From assembly GCA_000002445.1 (NCBI GenBank), contig CM000207.1, positions 1,376,001 to 1,440,000 of the forward strand: a stretch of DNA of 64,000 bases. The letters are read 5' to 3'. A program made the position numbers and the translations under genes. A model generated the notes under the pieces. It had not been told where the DNA came from, ran no database searches, and was given only the letters and a program-made list of their open reading frames with translations. The DNA is from Trypanosoma brucei. Its lineage: Eukaryota. Position 1 is the first letter of the stretch, and every line of letters starts with the position of its first letter. Shown here in pieces: positions 53,138 through 64,000 of this stretch.

Positions 53138-55544
53138 ATCCTTTTTTTTTTCTTTCCCTTCCTTCACTCTTTTTTATTTAACCTAATTTTCCCTCTCTTT
53201 TTTTCTTTTTCCTGCTGTGTGCTTTTGCGAGTTACGTATAGCTAAACTTGTACCTTTATCTTTAACAACAACAAAAACAAACTCCTTTCCTTTTAAGCAG
53301 AGATATACTTTGATTTCTTTCCCACCCTTTTTATTACTCGACTACTTATGGTTTGAGAAAGTGTTCTCACTAAAATAAAATAAAACAACAACACCAATAA
53401 CGACGTAAGGTTGAAGACAAATAAGGCAAATAAACTTGCTAACCTTGCCTATTCAGTTATCAGTTACCGCAATCCAACAGAGGTTTTGGCTGTAAAGAAA
53501 GAAATTGCGGCCAACGGGGAAAAAAGAGGAAGAAGAAGAAACAAAAAAAAAAGGACATAACAGAGCAGAATAGTACAACGCAATGCAAAAGATCGATCAA
53601 TGAAAAACATACTTAAAATACAAGTGGAACGCTACAGTTATCGAGTTATTTTATACGAGAGGCGAGGAATTATCGAAAAGAAAAAAAACAAGAAACCTCT
53701 CCCTCTTTTTTTCCATCACATTTCGTTTCCTCCTTTCTCTCTCTTTCTCTCTTTCTTCCTCTTAAAGCGAAAGTGATTAAGAGGGTGCAAAAGTGTAAAC
53801 AACCCACTACGCACTATCGTATTTGAGAGAGAAAAAAAAAAGGAAAAATACAAATGCAGAATTATATATTTGTAAATTGAAATAAATAAACAATTATATA
53901 AATATAATAATAATAATTGTCATTATTATCATTATTACTGTTATTTTTTTTTTTGTAAAGAGTAGCATAACGTACTAATTCATTTTCTCCCTTCATCGAA
54001 GGGTCGCACATTTCAGTGAATGTACGTGACCTTTAATTAAAAACAACAACAACAACAACACACAAACACGCAAACACAAAAAACAAAACAAAACACACAT
54101 ACACAAATAAATATAAATGGGCACATGCATTTTTATGTAAACCTCATATGCTCTTCATGAACATCAGCCGGTTTGGGCGCACACCACAAACTTCGCTCAC
54201 AGTTGAGCGCATTCCACCGGTACGGTAACATTTTGTGCGTACGCATACGAAAGGGAAGGACAAAAGAGATGAAGGGAAGAGTGTTGTCGGAGGGAAAAGG
54301 AAAGAAAGAAAGAAAGAAAAAAAAATGGAACTTATAAAATTTCTTGTATCACCGCAACACGTAGCAGGAAGATAATGCCTCCGTACGCTCAGAAGTGAAA
54401 ACTCGTTATGATAAAAACACGCATGAAAATAAACAGGTTTCGGGAGAAAGGTGTGGGAAATAAAAGAAAAAAACAACAACAAAGACAACACTCCACGTTC
54501 GTTTCATACTCACATGTTGTGGGGGGGGCGGAGGGGTTTAAACCCCTTTATTTCCTATTAGGATCATACATCAGTAATTTAAAAAAAAAAGAACAAAAAA
54601 AGAAGGGGAGGAGGCGAGCTATTATGCATTAAAAGCGAACAAAAACAAATATGCCGCTGGAAATGCGTGTAAGATAACCTTTCTATTCTTCCCTCTGACG
54701 ACTCTGAATAGGAAGAAGGTGATGGGTGAGGGTGCTCACGGGCGTAGCTTTTTCCTCAGTGGTGTTAAATCATAAAAGTAAATTGAAAAAACTTTTTAAA
54801 AAAAGGACCACGAACACGAAGGAGAGAGGAGGGGGGGGGGAAACAAAGTAAAAAAGACGGGGGTGTCCCATCCGATACAACTCAACCCTACTGCACGGGA
54901 ATGCAGACGCATATAGATACACGTGCATCCATGAGTGCAGTTACAAAACAAGAAATAAATAAAATAGATGACAACAAAAGGGAAAAATAAACAAAAAATT
55001 ATGCCTTAACCGGGAAAAATGGTACCGAGGGTAAATTTTTTTTTTAAAAGGACAAAAGACAAAAGCATGGCGCAGCCGATAGATTTCCAGAAACACGGAA
55101 AAGAAAGAAGGGAAGCGCGTTGAACCGAAGGTCGCTGAAAGGAAAACAAAAATAAAGAGAAAATAAGCAAAGTTAAGGAACGCCGCCCGAGGAGTGAAAA
55201 AGTAGCCTAGGCCACTTTAATGCGTCGGACCTTTTCGCTCATGCTTCTCTCATGTACATAACCGAGTGATCACGTAATGAAACCCCTTCCGTGTGTAGAT
55301 TTGACAAAAATTTACATAAGTGTAATCAGTTGCTCTTCCCTCCCGTGTAGCACGTGTACTATCGTTGTTAGAAGAACAAGACGAAATAATAACCAAAAAA
55401 AAGATGAAAAAGGAATATAGAGAAAGGAAAGAAAGATGGGGAGATAAGGTGACGCACCGTCATGGCGGCACCACTGTACCTGAAAACTCCCCGCTCTTTT
55501 TTTTTTAACTATAACTATCACCATCACTATCAAAAGCATTATTC

Positions 55545-56993
55545 CTATCTCGTTCCTGGCCTAGTCTGCTGTCCTGGGGGCAAAATGGTGAGCACATATT
55601 CTACAAATGAGGCCTCTGCAGTGGAGGCCATTGACTCCGCCAAGTGTGCCGCCTTGCTAGACTCACCCGCCGACGGCGCAGCGCAGCGAGTTTTCACCCA
55701 CTCCTCAAAGTTTGCTGTTGTAAAGATGTGACGCTTCCGGTAGTCTGATGGCCACTCTTGTATCACTTTGATAAGATCCTTCTGAAGTCTGCCCACAGCT
55801 ACACGTGAGAGATTTGCGGCCTCTACACAAAGTTTAAATTCTTTAACAGCATTGATAATGCGTTCACGCTGGCGTTCAAGGGCAATTTCATTGGCTCGCC
55901 TTCCCCAAACGGAACACCACATGGCGTCATCGTTCCTCGGATTTTTCCGGTGTTTCGCGTGCCGGCACTTCGCTGAGTCTTGTTGTTCAAACACATCAGC
56001 AAGTGCAGCCATAGGGGGTTTAAGCGACGAACGCTTCTCGTGCCTTATTACCATATTGCGACACACATCTCTAGTGCAAAGTGATTCATCTAGCTGGAAC
56101 TGTTGCTTGTAATTGACGTAGTCGAATCGATGACGCCACTTTTTAGGTAGCAGGGGACCTTGTTCCATATAGTATTTCCTCCCGTGCTTCCTGCTGTCAG
56201 TGGTGTCTGGCGAGGTTGTTATGTTGTAAAGCAGATCCCAACTCCTAACTGGGATCTTACGCAGCCGGTCTAAAAGGGTTAAGCGTGACCCAGGCTTGCC
56301 CTTAACTGTGGGAGGCAGTGCTGCTTTCCCGGGGGTGGAGTGATTACCGTCGCTGCTGCTGTTCTTTAGATCCTCTTCAACTCTCTTTACAGCCCTCGTC
56401 ACCGTTAAGTTTGCATCCAACGGGAAGCGACCCCTGTCCAAGGCGCTAACCAGTGAGTGACTTGTGTGAAAGGAATGAGTGCCGCTATCCACGCACCCCT
56501 GCGCAGACTCCTCCTCCGTCCACACTTCAAGGGCCTGCTTGTACAGACTGTTTGTTGTTGGGGAACTCGGCGTCTCACTGGAGGTATCGGTATCATCTTC
56601 CCCTTTCCTCACTGCATCCCCCGACTCAGGTGAGAGTTTTGATATGTATTGAATTTTTGCTATTCCTTCCTCAATTCCTCTTTCCAGCAGCTCTTCGAAA
56701 GGACTTTTCTCTCGATCCCTTTCCCTTTCCTTTTCCATTAGATCATCTTTGTCCGGGCGCAGCATGCCGCAACGGGGTGCAAAAACGGGAGCTGCACGTT
56801 TCATCAGTGACCGCATCGCGCTACTTTCATCTACAGCAAGTTTACGTAGTTTGATACCTTCACCACTGCTTCGGGGCTCCCTTCGTACACCGTGCTGCTT
56901 GTTCATGTTCTTGCTCACCTCTTTAGCCGTCATACTCGCAAAGTAGAGCGACACCACAGGTTTTGCTACCTCCGTACAGTGTGCCGTTGCCAT
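55545..56993 (-). CDS. Conserved hypothetical protein (482 aa)
   Basis: ATG at 56991-56993. A long ORF co-oriented with its neighbours. It has a charged, Ser-rich middle and no recognised domain. Confidence 0.6.
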   Translation of the reverse strand: MATAHCTEVAKPVVSLYFASMTAKEVSKNMNKQHGVRREPRSSGEGIKLRKLAVDESSAMRSLMKRAAPVFAPRCGMLRPDKDDLMEKERERDREKSPFEELLERGIEEGIAKIQYISKLSPESGDAVRKGEDDTDTSSETPSSPTTNSLYKQALEVWTEEESAQGCVDSGTHSFHTSHSLVSALDRGRFPLDANLTVTRAVKRVEEDLKNSSSDGNHSTPGKAALPPTVKGKPGSRLTLLDRLRKIPVRSWDLLYNITTSPDTTDSRKHGRKYYMEQGPLLPKKWRHRFDYVNYKQQFQLDESLCTRDVCRNMVIRHEKRSSLKPPMAALADVFEQQDSAKCRHAKHRKNPRNDDAMWCSVWGRRANEIALERQRERIINAVKEFKLCVEAANLSRVAVGRLQKDLIKVIQEWPSDYRKRHIFTTANFEEWVKTRCAAPSAGESSKAAHLAESMASTAEASFVEYVLTILPPGQQTRPGTR

Positions 56994-57319
56994 TCCAAAA
57001 AGAAAAAATTTGACACAAGCACTTTCTCTACTTTCTACTTCCCTAAGTTGGGTTCAGCCCTGCAGCCTCCTCTAAGTGAATAGTATTTTTTACCTAACAG
57101 TTTCCTTCACGTGTGCGTTAAAACAGCAGCGGGGGAACGCGAATACATGAAAGATATTACTCTGCGCAATTCAACCAAAGATGAGGCAGCCAAAGTACAA
57201 GAAAGGGGGGTAGAGTTGTGTGACTTACAAGCCCGTTCGGTTGCTGACACCGACGAGCGCAAACGTTAAACACAGACATATATGTGAAAAAAAGAAGAAA
57301 GTGGTGATTGGTGTCTTAG

Positions 57320-60220
57320 CTACGACCAAAGCTCCTCCACGTGGGTTGACATACCGCTCCTTTGTAGAGCCGCACAGTATTGTAGAATGGAGTTTTTGTA
57401 AACATTTTCCCTTTCCGCAGACGCCAGCGCAGCCACATCAAACGAGTGACCGGGCCGCACTTGCGTTGGGGCACCTGAGCGTAGGGTTTCAAGCGCTTCT
57501 TCAGCATGAACAATGGCACCTCCAACGACGCCTGCGGCAGCCTTCCGCAGCTCCAGTGAGGCAGAACTCATGTCCACCAAACAACACGCGGCTGTAACCA
57601 ATTCATCCGGTATGCCTACTCCAGGAGCCGTGTGGGAGACATTCTCCAACATGACAAACAACGCCTTTTCCAGTTGGATAACAACATCTGGAGCCACCAC
57701 ACCGAGTGCCTCGCTCCACTCGAGTGTTCTTCCCAGAAGATCGGTTAGCTCCTGCACTCGAATCACCTCGCAACTTTTCAACTCAAGAGATGTAGCACTG
57801 AGGTACTCCTTTAGAAATGCCACGTCACTGGAGTTCGTATTGTCCTTGATTTGTGTGAGCACCGCCAACCCAGTAACACACTCGGCAAATCGTCCTATAT
57901 CATTCTCCTTGTTGCATCGCGTGTACTCCATAAACAACCGATGGCTTTCATCTGCTAGTCCCTCCCAAGCACGCTTGTCATGCTTTTTTAAAGCAAATGC
58001 AGCTGATGCGAGGAGTGATGCGTAGCTGCAACGCAATCTGGGATTGAGTTGCATGCTATCGATGAGTTGTGCTTCCCAGTAAATTGTGACTAGTCCTGGA
58101 AGGGCACCGTACCCACATTTCCCCAGAACCACCAATAATTCAAGCAATTGCTCACATTCCTCATGGTTCTTTACTTTTTCGTCACCTCCACCATTGCTGC
58201 TGCTGCTATCCATGTGAGAAGCCTCCTTTATGTAATCTGCTACACGCGACGCGACGGATTGCAGTAGTACTTGAGGCACGCTAGTTCTCATTAGGGTAAA
58301 CATGGCTTGCAGCATTCGCCTGAGGTGCATCGGGCTGCACTCGTGCATCATCACTGACCGTATCAACACCATTTCCACCTGCTTAAGTGCAGATGGCACC
58401 ATTTCACAAGCAGCAAGCCCCTCAGCGAGATCCAGAAGCTCATCCAAAGTGCAGTTGTGCCTCATCGCTGCTCCAATTGCCGTATCAATGGCGTTAAATA
58501 CCCTGTCGAACCTTGCATCCAACGCTCCGTTTGGTGACTCCCTCCGCATGCGGGAAAGAAGCGGCAGCAGTGTATTCACCTCCCGCAGGGTCAACGACAT
58601 TTTCCCTGCCGCCGCTTTGTGCGACAGGTGATGCACCAAATCATTTACTAATGTATTACCACTCACGCGAGCGCTAGCCTCCTCCAGCCTGCTAACAAGC
58701 TCTGCCAGCCGGGCAGACGATTGTGCGCCCAATGCCACCCGTCGCATTCCCTGTGCGCTACGAATACCGAGGTTGTAGTGAATAAGGGCAGCCTTGTTGG
58801 TGCCTTCGGCGTGCCGCTGCAGCTCCACTAAAGGGATATAACCATCTTCACTCATTACCTGGGCACGGGGGCTATCAGGGTGGTACAATAGTCGTTTACA
58901 CCGCGCGAGAGCAATCTGCGATAACTGTTGATACTTTGCCAAAAACGACACTTGCTGTGGGTCCGAGTTTTCTTCAGACGCTTCGTAGCGGCGGAAGAAG
59001 GCCGCATTCTGTTCTCTGACTTCTGCACAGAAGTGCAGAATTATACACAGCTCGCTTTCATTCACGTTCTCCAATGCGTCCTTACACCCGAACGCCTCAA
59101 CACTCATCACCCGCGACAAGCCCCGCAGGATGCCAAACCGAGTCACTGCACCGAACGCATCAGAAAACATGATCGTCTTACCAATGTCGCTGCCACTCCC
59201 CTCGCTAATGAGTGCCATGATGCGCACAGCACCGAGAGCGGTGTGTGGTGATGGCGCGTTTGCCACGATACACTGCCCGGTACTGACCGAAGCATCACCA
59301 CAGACGTCCTGTGACGGGAAGAAGAGGGAAAACGGGACGCGATGGTTTACACACAGAGCCGCGCATGCGGTAAACTGCTCCAACGACGTTGCTGAGGGAT
59401 CGAAGAAGTCAAGGTCACGTCGTGCGTGGCACGCCACAACTTCTACCTCCCGCTGCAGGTCAAGTGGCAAAAACTCACTCTTGTCCCCGAGGTCTGATGG
59501 GTGTACCTTGCGGACGCAGAAGGTGGATGCGGCATCTAGCCATAAAAGAGCCTCAAGCATCTCCCCCGCAGTCAGTGAAGGGTTGGTTAAACTCACATCC
59601 GCTTGCGCACTATCTCCTCTCGCAGTTTCCTCCACTACGTCAGGCCAAATGATGTAACGGACATCTTCAAACCGATGACGTATAGCAAGCCAGTGGCGTT
59701 TTCGTCTCAGTCTTCGATCATAGTGCTCATAGTCCGGGCCCGCATTAAGCTCTGTACTCAATATGGTGCTCTTCATTCCGCTTGTGTCCATCAAAACATA
59801 TTCCCTGCAGAACGACACGAACCTTTCCCGAACCTCTTGAATCAGGCGCTTATCGAGAGAGCTCCCTCCTCGAAGGCATTCATCCACCGGCGACGGCATA
59901 TCGTCCTCTATGTCACCCAGTTCACAGAAGCTTGTGTCCATCTCCCTCCATGTTCCCGCCGCGCTCTCTAGCGTCACCTGTGGGTGCGTTAATTCCGACA
60001 CAGGGACGGAGAAGCTGAAGGTACGGCCCTTTTTATTTGTGTAGGTGACCTTTGTGGTGCCGGGAATTCGCCGCGGGACACCTTCCACTGCGCCCTGCTT
60101 CACCTGTGGGTGTTTTCCGAGTGGTTGCCTAAAACCCCCTCTGGAGTGTCGCCCACCAATCGTTATGTGCCGCATGCCAACCTGCATGGCTGAAGAATTC
60201 GGATGCCACCCTCGCAACAT
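57320..60220 (-). CDS. Large conserved hypothetical protein (about 966 aa from the first plausible ATG)
   Basis: The ORF-track start at 60394 is a GTG, and its first 58 residues are translated polypyrimidine tract (…APPPPTSYFSALPYFSPHLL…). The first ATG after the tract is at 60218-60220 (MLRGWHPNSSAMQVGMRH…). It is largely alpha-helical by composition, with no recognised catalytic motif. Confidence 0.6.
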   Translation of the reverse strand: MLRGWHPNSSAMQVGMRHITIGGRHSRGGFRQPLGKHPQVKQGAVEGVPRRIPGTTKVTYTNKKGRTFSFSVPVSELTHPQVTLESAAGTWREMDTSFCELGDIEDDMPSPVDECLRGGSSLDKRLIQEVRERFVSFCREYVLMDTSGMKSTILSTELNAGPDYEHYDRRLRRKRHWLAIRHRFEDVRYIIWPDVVEETARGDSAQADVSLTNPSLTAGEMLEALLWLDAASTFCVRKVHPSDLGDKSEFLPLDLQREVEVVACHARRDLDFFDPSATSLEQFTACAALCVNHRVPFSLFFPSQDVCGDASVSTGQCIVANAPSPHTALGAVRIMALISEGSGSDIGKTIMFSDAFGAVTRFGILRGLSRVMSVEAFGCKDALENVNESELCIILHFCAEVREQNAAFFRRYEASEENSDPQQVSFLAKYQQLSQIALARCKRLLYHPDSPRAQVMSEDGYIPLVELQRHAEGTNKAALIHYNLGIRSAQGMRRVALGAQSSARLAELVSRLEEASARVSGNTLVNDLVHHLSHKAAAGKMSLTLREVNTLLPLLSRMRRESPNGALDARFDRVFNAIDTAIGAAMRHNCTLDELLDLAEGLAACEMVPSALKQVEMVLIRSVMMHECSPMHLRRMLQAMFTLMRTSVPQVLLQSVASRVADYIKEASHMDSSSSNGGGDEKVKNHEECEQLLELLVVLGKCGYGALPGLVTIYWEAQLIDSMQLNPRLRCSYASLLASAAFALKKHDKRAWEGLADESHRLFMEYTRCNKENDIGRFAECVTGLAVLTQIKDNTNSSDVAFLKEYLSATSLELKSCEVIRVQELTDLLGRTLEWSEALGVVAPDVVIQLEKALFVMLENVSHTAPGVGIPDELVTAACCLVDMSSASLELRKAAAGVVGGAIVHAEEALETLRSGAPTQVRPGHSFDVAALASAERENVYKNSILQYCAALQRSGMSTHVEELWS

Positions 60221-60394
60221 GTTTATACAATTTGCCCCTAGTGGCGGTCCAACCTCCTCACACGCTTGCCTCCTTTTTGATGCTACGAATCGGAGGAGAT
60301 GGGGGGAAAAATAAGGGAGAGCAGAAAAGTAACTTGTCGGTGGAGGGGGAGCAACGGAGAAGTAGTGTTGCCGTACCAAACCAGCATATACCAC
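60221..60394 (-). promoter_or_regulatory. Polypyrimidine tract plus AG (candidate spliced-leader acceptor) upstream of CDS 57320-60220
   Basis: Minus strand: …cttctccgttgctccccctccaccgacaagttacttttctgctctcccttatttttccccccatctcctccgattcgtAG…, then about 60 nt to the ATG. Confidence 0.4.
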
Positions 60395-61176
60395 TAGTAA
60401 CTATCCTCCTCTCCGCTCAACAAACGGAGGAAACAAAGCGACAAGAGGATATACCTACAGGAACTGGGAGCCAAATGCTCAGAAAATCTGTCACAAACGA
60501 CCGCAAGTGGCTCTGCAGAGAAAGAGATGGAGAGGGCAAAGTGTACGTCCCGAGCCGATGGCTACAACATGACCAAAGGGTCTAGTTCATCAGCCAAAGT
60601 GATATATCGGGTGCCACAACTGTACGCATTCAGTTTCGTTCAGAAAAGTGTCTTAGTGATGATAAAACAATAATACGGAAGCAAATACAAGGAAAAACAA
60701 ACAAACAAAAATATACATTTAAGGGAACTATGAAGGAAGGGATAATTGTGATGCTGATAGTTACCGCAGAAAGAAAGATAGATACAAATGTATACAAGTA
60801 CCACCGCATTAAAAGTGAAAGATGTTAAGTGATGACCCCAACAGGCAGTAAGAGAAACTCACATGCGTGACGACACCAAAATGATCATTCACTCACTAGG
60901 GAAAGCAACAACAAAGGAGCAAAAACGTTACCCTGATACCGATGCGAAACAAAAACAAAGGGTTCAAGGACAACGCACTGTACGAATGGCTAAACCTTAT
61001 GCTTCAGAAGTGGGCAAATGCATCGCAATGAGCTTCGACACCCGTTACCAGACTAACAACGGTTAAACCACCGTGGAGCACGAAACGAGATATAAGATTA
61101 CGGTAACCGACCGTTAGGCGGAAACTTCCCGGTTTGACCTAAAGGGAGCAGTAACAAACCACAAAACAACACGAAA

Positions 61177-62271
61177 TCACCCTTGAAGTTTGGGCAGAAC
61201 GGACTGAGCGGATATACGCCCATTCGCATTGGAGAGGTCCTCCAACCTAACGTGCGGTCTATTCTCTGTGGTCATCGGTCCCCGCTTCGATACTACAACC
61301 CTCGTAAGGCACGGGAGAACGCTGTCCACCTCCAACGTTTTTGCTTTCTCCGTGGAGTACTCCATCGCTCGGTGACGCTCCTGTCGTTCCTTTCCTCTCA
61401 AAGGCTTGAAATACGGATGCCGCAGAGCCTCCTTTGCCGTTACACGCTCCTTTTCGTCATACTGCAGTAACCGACCAATGAGATCAATCGCCTCCTTGGA
61501 AGTGCCCTCCGGCAGCAGTCGGGCTACACCTGTTCCCTTCTTCTCGGAAAACTGGAAGTTTATCGGGGCTCCGAACTTCTTTAATGTATTCAACACATCC
61601 ACCGGCGGCGTCCCAAGCACATCGTGGATCTTATGGATTTGGTCCATTTCGGTCGTTCCTGGGAACAGTGGAGTCAGAGCGATGATCTCAAAAAACACGC
61701 AGCCCGCCGCCCAAAGATCCATTTTGTGGGTGTAATATCCACTCGTAAGGAGGCACTCCGGCGCTCTATACCAACGGGTCGAGACATACTCCGTTAACGG
61801 TTGCGAGACATGTAAACCCCGACAGGAACCGAAGTCCGCTAGTTTAAGTGTGCCATCCTCGCGCAACAGGATATTCTCGGGCTTTATGTCCCTATGAAAG
61901 ATGCCTTTGCGATGGGCGTGGTCGAGTGCTTTGAACAGTTGGTACATGAGGGTCATGACACAATGTTCGTCTAATTGGTGCCTGCGCCCCCGAATGAATT
62001 CATATAGGTTCATGTCCATCAATTCAAATACCAGTGCCAGACGGCCTGTGGTTTTGTCAAACATCACTTCGATAAGCGGCACGATGTTCGGATGGGGTTG
62101 CAGGCGCCGGACGGCTTGAATTTCGCGAAGGCGATTCACCTGCTCCTTCGACTGAAAGGGTTTTCTCATGCACTTGATCGCTACATATGCCTTCGTTTCT
62201 ACGTCTTGCGCCTTGAGAACTTCACTAAACGTCCCTTCTCCTTTCTTTCCTAATATTGCGTACTTTTGCAT
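61177..62271 (-). CDS. CMGC serine/threonine protein kinase of the RCK (MAK/ICK/MOK-like) family, 364 aa
   Basis: The ORF-track start at 62286 is a TTG; the ATG is at 62269-62271 (MQKYAILGKKGEGTFSEV…). Motifs: GKKGEGTFS (Gly loop), VAIK, HRDIKPENILL, DFG, activation loop TEYVSTRWYRAPE (TEY as in MOK/MAPK), and CMGC insert …DQIHKIHDVLGTP…. Confidence 0.85.
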   Translation of the reverse strand: MQKYAILGKKGEGTFSEVLKAQDVETKAYVAIKCMRKPFQSKEQVNRLREIQAVRRLQPHPNIVPLIEVMFDKTTGRLALVFELMDMNLYEFIRGRRHQLDEHCVMTLMYQLFKALDHAHRKGIFHRDIKPENILLREDGTLKLADFGSCRGLHVSQPLTEYVSTRWYRAPECLLTSGYYTHKMDLWAAGCVFFEIIALTPLFPGTTEMDQIHKIHDVLGTPPVDVLNTLKKFGAPINFQFSEKKGTGVARLLPEGTSKEAIDLIGRLLQYDEKERVTAKEALRHPYFKPLRGKERQERHRAMEYSTEKAKTLEVDSVLPCLTRVVVSKRGPMTTENRPHVRLEDLSNANGRISAQSVLPKLQG

Positions 62272-64000
62272 CGGTGCCCGCACCAAAAGAAAATCTCTCC
62301 GCTGCGGACTGTACTGCTTGTATGCACTACTACCTTTTCTCTACCGCTGGCGCTGCAACTGCAGTTATTTGCTTATTATTCCCTGCGCCTCGCGAGCCCC
62401 CTCTTACTTGTAATTCCGCTCCCAATCTGAGGCACGAGCACCCCGAGGAATAACAAGCGAAAACCTAAGTAACACTGTAATTACGTATATATGTATATGT
62501 ATAAACACTAGTAGTTCACCTTCGCCGAACCTTTCTTCTTTTCTTTTCCTTCCTTTCCCTTTCCTCGTTTATTTACTTTATTATTATTTTCTTCTTTTGC
62601 GGATATCCGTCCCGCACGTCTTTTAGGTAGGGGAGATGAGGATTTGCTTTGCCACTCCTTTGTTGTTTTTTTTTGGTATTTGCTTCCTCCTTCTTTACGC
62701 TCGGCTCCTTTTGTTTCCCCACTCTATCCTTCTAAATAAATAAGTATGATAATAATTATAACAACAATAACAATAATTATTACTCTTGTATGTATGAATG
62801 GTTAACCTGATTCTTTTTTCCCCCTTTCCCTTGCCTTTTTTATCTTCACCCTGTGTGCCACTAATATACAGCACCAATATAATTTAAATTATATGAGTTG
62901 TATATATATATATATTAGTGCACAAACAGATGTGAAAAGTGGATTGCCGTTTTGAACCGGTTTGTATATATGTATGTGCACGAATAGCTACCGACAAGTC
63001 TATTGTCTTGTCTTGTCTTTTACTTTTACTTTTCTTTTTTTTTCTTTTTCCCCCTCCGAATGTCACGTGTCAAAGGAAGGAGTTACTTCGAGGGGGTCCC
63101 GATCCTCATATCACCCCACAGAAGGGCGTTCGTGTCTGTATCCGTGTGTGTTTGTGTGACGGGGTGGGGGGAGGGGAGAGAATAGAGAAGAGGAAGAGAG
63201 TGTAAAAAAAAAAAAGATAAAATAAAATAAAAGGGGAGTATTGTAATCGGCAGCACTGACACAACCACTACGTGCCGAGCGACTAGTTTCCTCCCCTCAG
63301 GGGTAAATTCCTTTAAGAATCGAAAAGTAAGTTTGAAATTGCAGAAGAAAGGTGGAGAAGAGAAAAAGGAGGAGGAAAAAAAAAGAAGAGAAAAGAGAAA
63401 CAAAACTGATGTACGGCATATGTACAAAAAAGAAAAAGAAAAAGTGTAGAGAAAGTATTAGTAGGGAAAACGAAACATAAAAAAAAGGAAGGAGAATGCA
63501 ATGAACAGCACGCGAACCAAGGCGTACCGAAAAAAAAAAAACATATGTATGGGGGGAGGAACACGGCAGTAGCGGTCCGTGAATGATGTAAAGTTACGAT
63601 AATCGAAAAAAAAAACAATATAGCTGGAATAAAATAAAATAAAAAAATAGAAATCAATAAAACAAGTCGATAACGAGAGAGAAAAAAAATTAATTGTACC
63701 TAACTTATAATTCAATAACAACACGAAGTGACTCTCAGACTTTTATTTATTTATTTACTTTGAACTTTGGCATTATAACAATTTCTGTTTTTGCTTTTAC
63801 TTTAAAAGTTTGCTTCTCCTCTTATACTTTTTTTGCTTTCCGTTACACTGTTGAGGCTATATTTCCTCACTTTCTCTTGTTTTAATGTTCCCCCACTCTT
63901 TCATATCGTACCTTTGTTGACGGCCATTTTTTTTTTTCTTTCCTTCTCAAAAAAAAAAGCATGAAATCACATCCATAGGCACATATAAATAAATATATAT

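Noticed and set aside
62280-64000. A divergent strand-switch region (bidirectional promoter) at the high-coordinate end
   Set aside because: No plus-strand gene is visible before the window ends. The composition switch could equally be an ordinary long 5' UTR or intergenic spacer. There is not enough sequence to call it.

Overview
This window is kinetoplastid nuclear DNA. The actin protein sequence (…[41 protein letters not shown]…) matches Trypanosoma brucei actin, and the gene content (actin … PABP) fits the chromosome 9 actin/PABP1 neighbourhood. Everything convincing is on the minus strand. I call about 29 protein-coding genes, none with introns, arranged head-to-tail as in a polycistronic transcription unit. 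No plus-strand ORF looks real. I could not recognise any tRNA, snRNA or rRNA by eye, and there is no CRISPR array and no intact mobile element.

The supplied ORF track starts ORFs at non-ATG codons (TTG/GTG) and writes them as M. I therefore moved several starts to the first in-frame ATG after checking the sequence.

Recognisable genes, from low to high coordinate, all on the minus strand:
- actin
- STE24 CAAX protease
- ankyrin-repeat protein
- type-2 IPP isomerase
- SAC3/GANP-domain protein
- DRG GTPase
- LSM12-like protein
- DCAF7/WDR68 WD40 protein
- MYCBP/AMY-1
- tRNA m7G methyltransferase
- YlqF/MTG1 circularly permuted GTPase
- YiiX-like permuted-papain membrane protein
- orphan P-loop GTPase
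- Exo70-like protein
- ALG11 mannosyltransferase
- ribosomal protein eL37
- PRORP (protein-only RNase P)
- Vms1/ANKZF1-like release factor
- PABP (probably PABP1)
- RCK/MOK-like CMGC kinase
- several conserved hypotheticals

The most unusual structure is a gene desert of about 9.8 kb (1235–11054) between actin and STE24. It carries a C-rich island of about 1.7 kb on the plus strand, which is GT-rich on the transcribed (minus) strand, and a C11-TTT-A7-G6 homopolymer hairpin. I interpret this as a possible internal head-to-tail transcription termination/re-initiation site with a GT-rich promoter-like element, perhaps hiding small RNAs or a small zinc-ribbon ORF. I see no self-contained novel multi-gene system. 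Trypanosome polycistrons are not functional operons.
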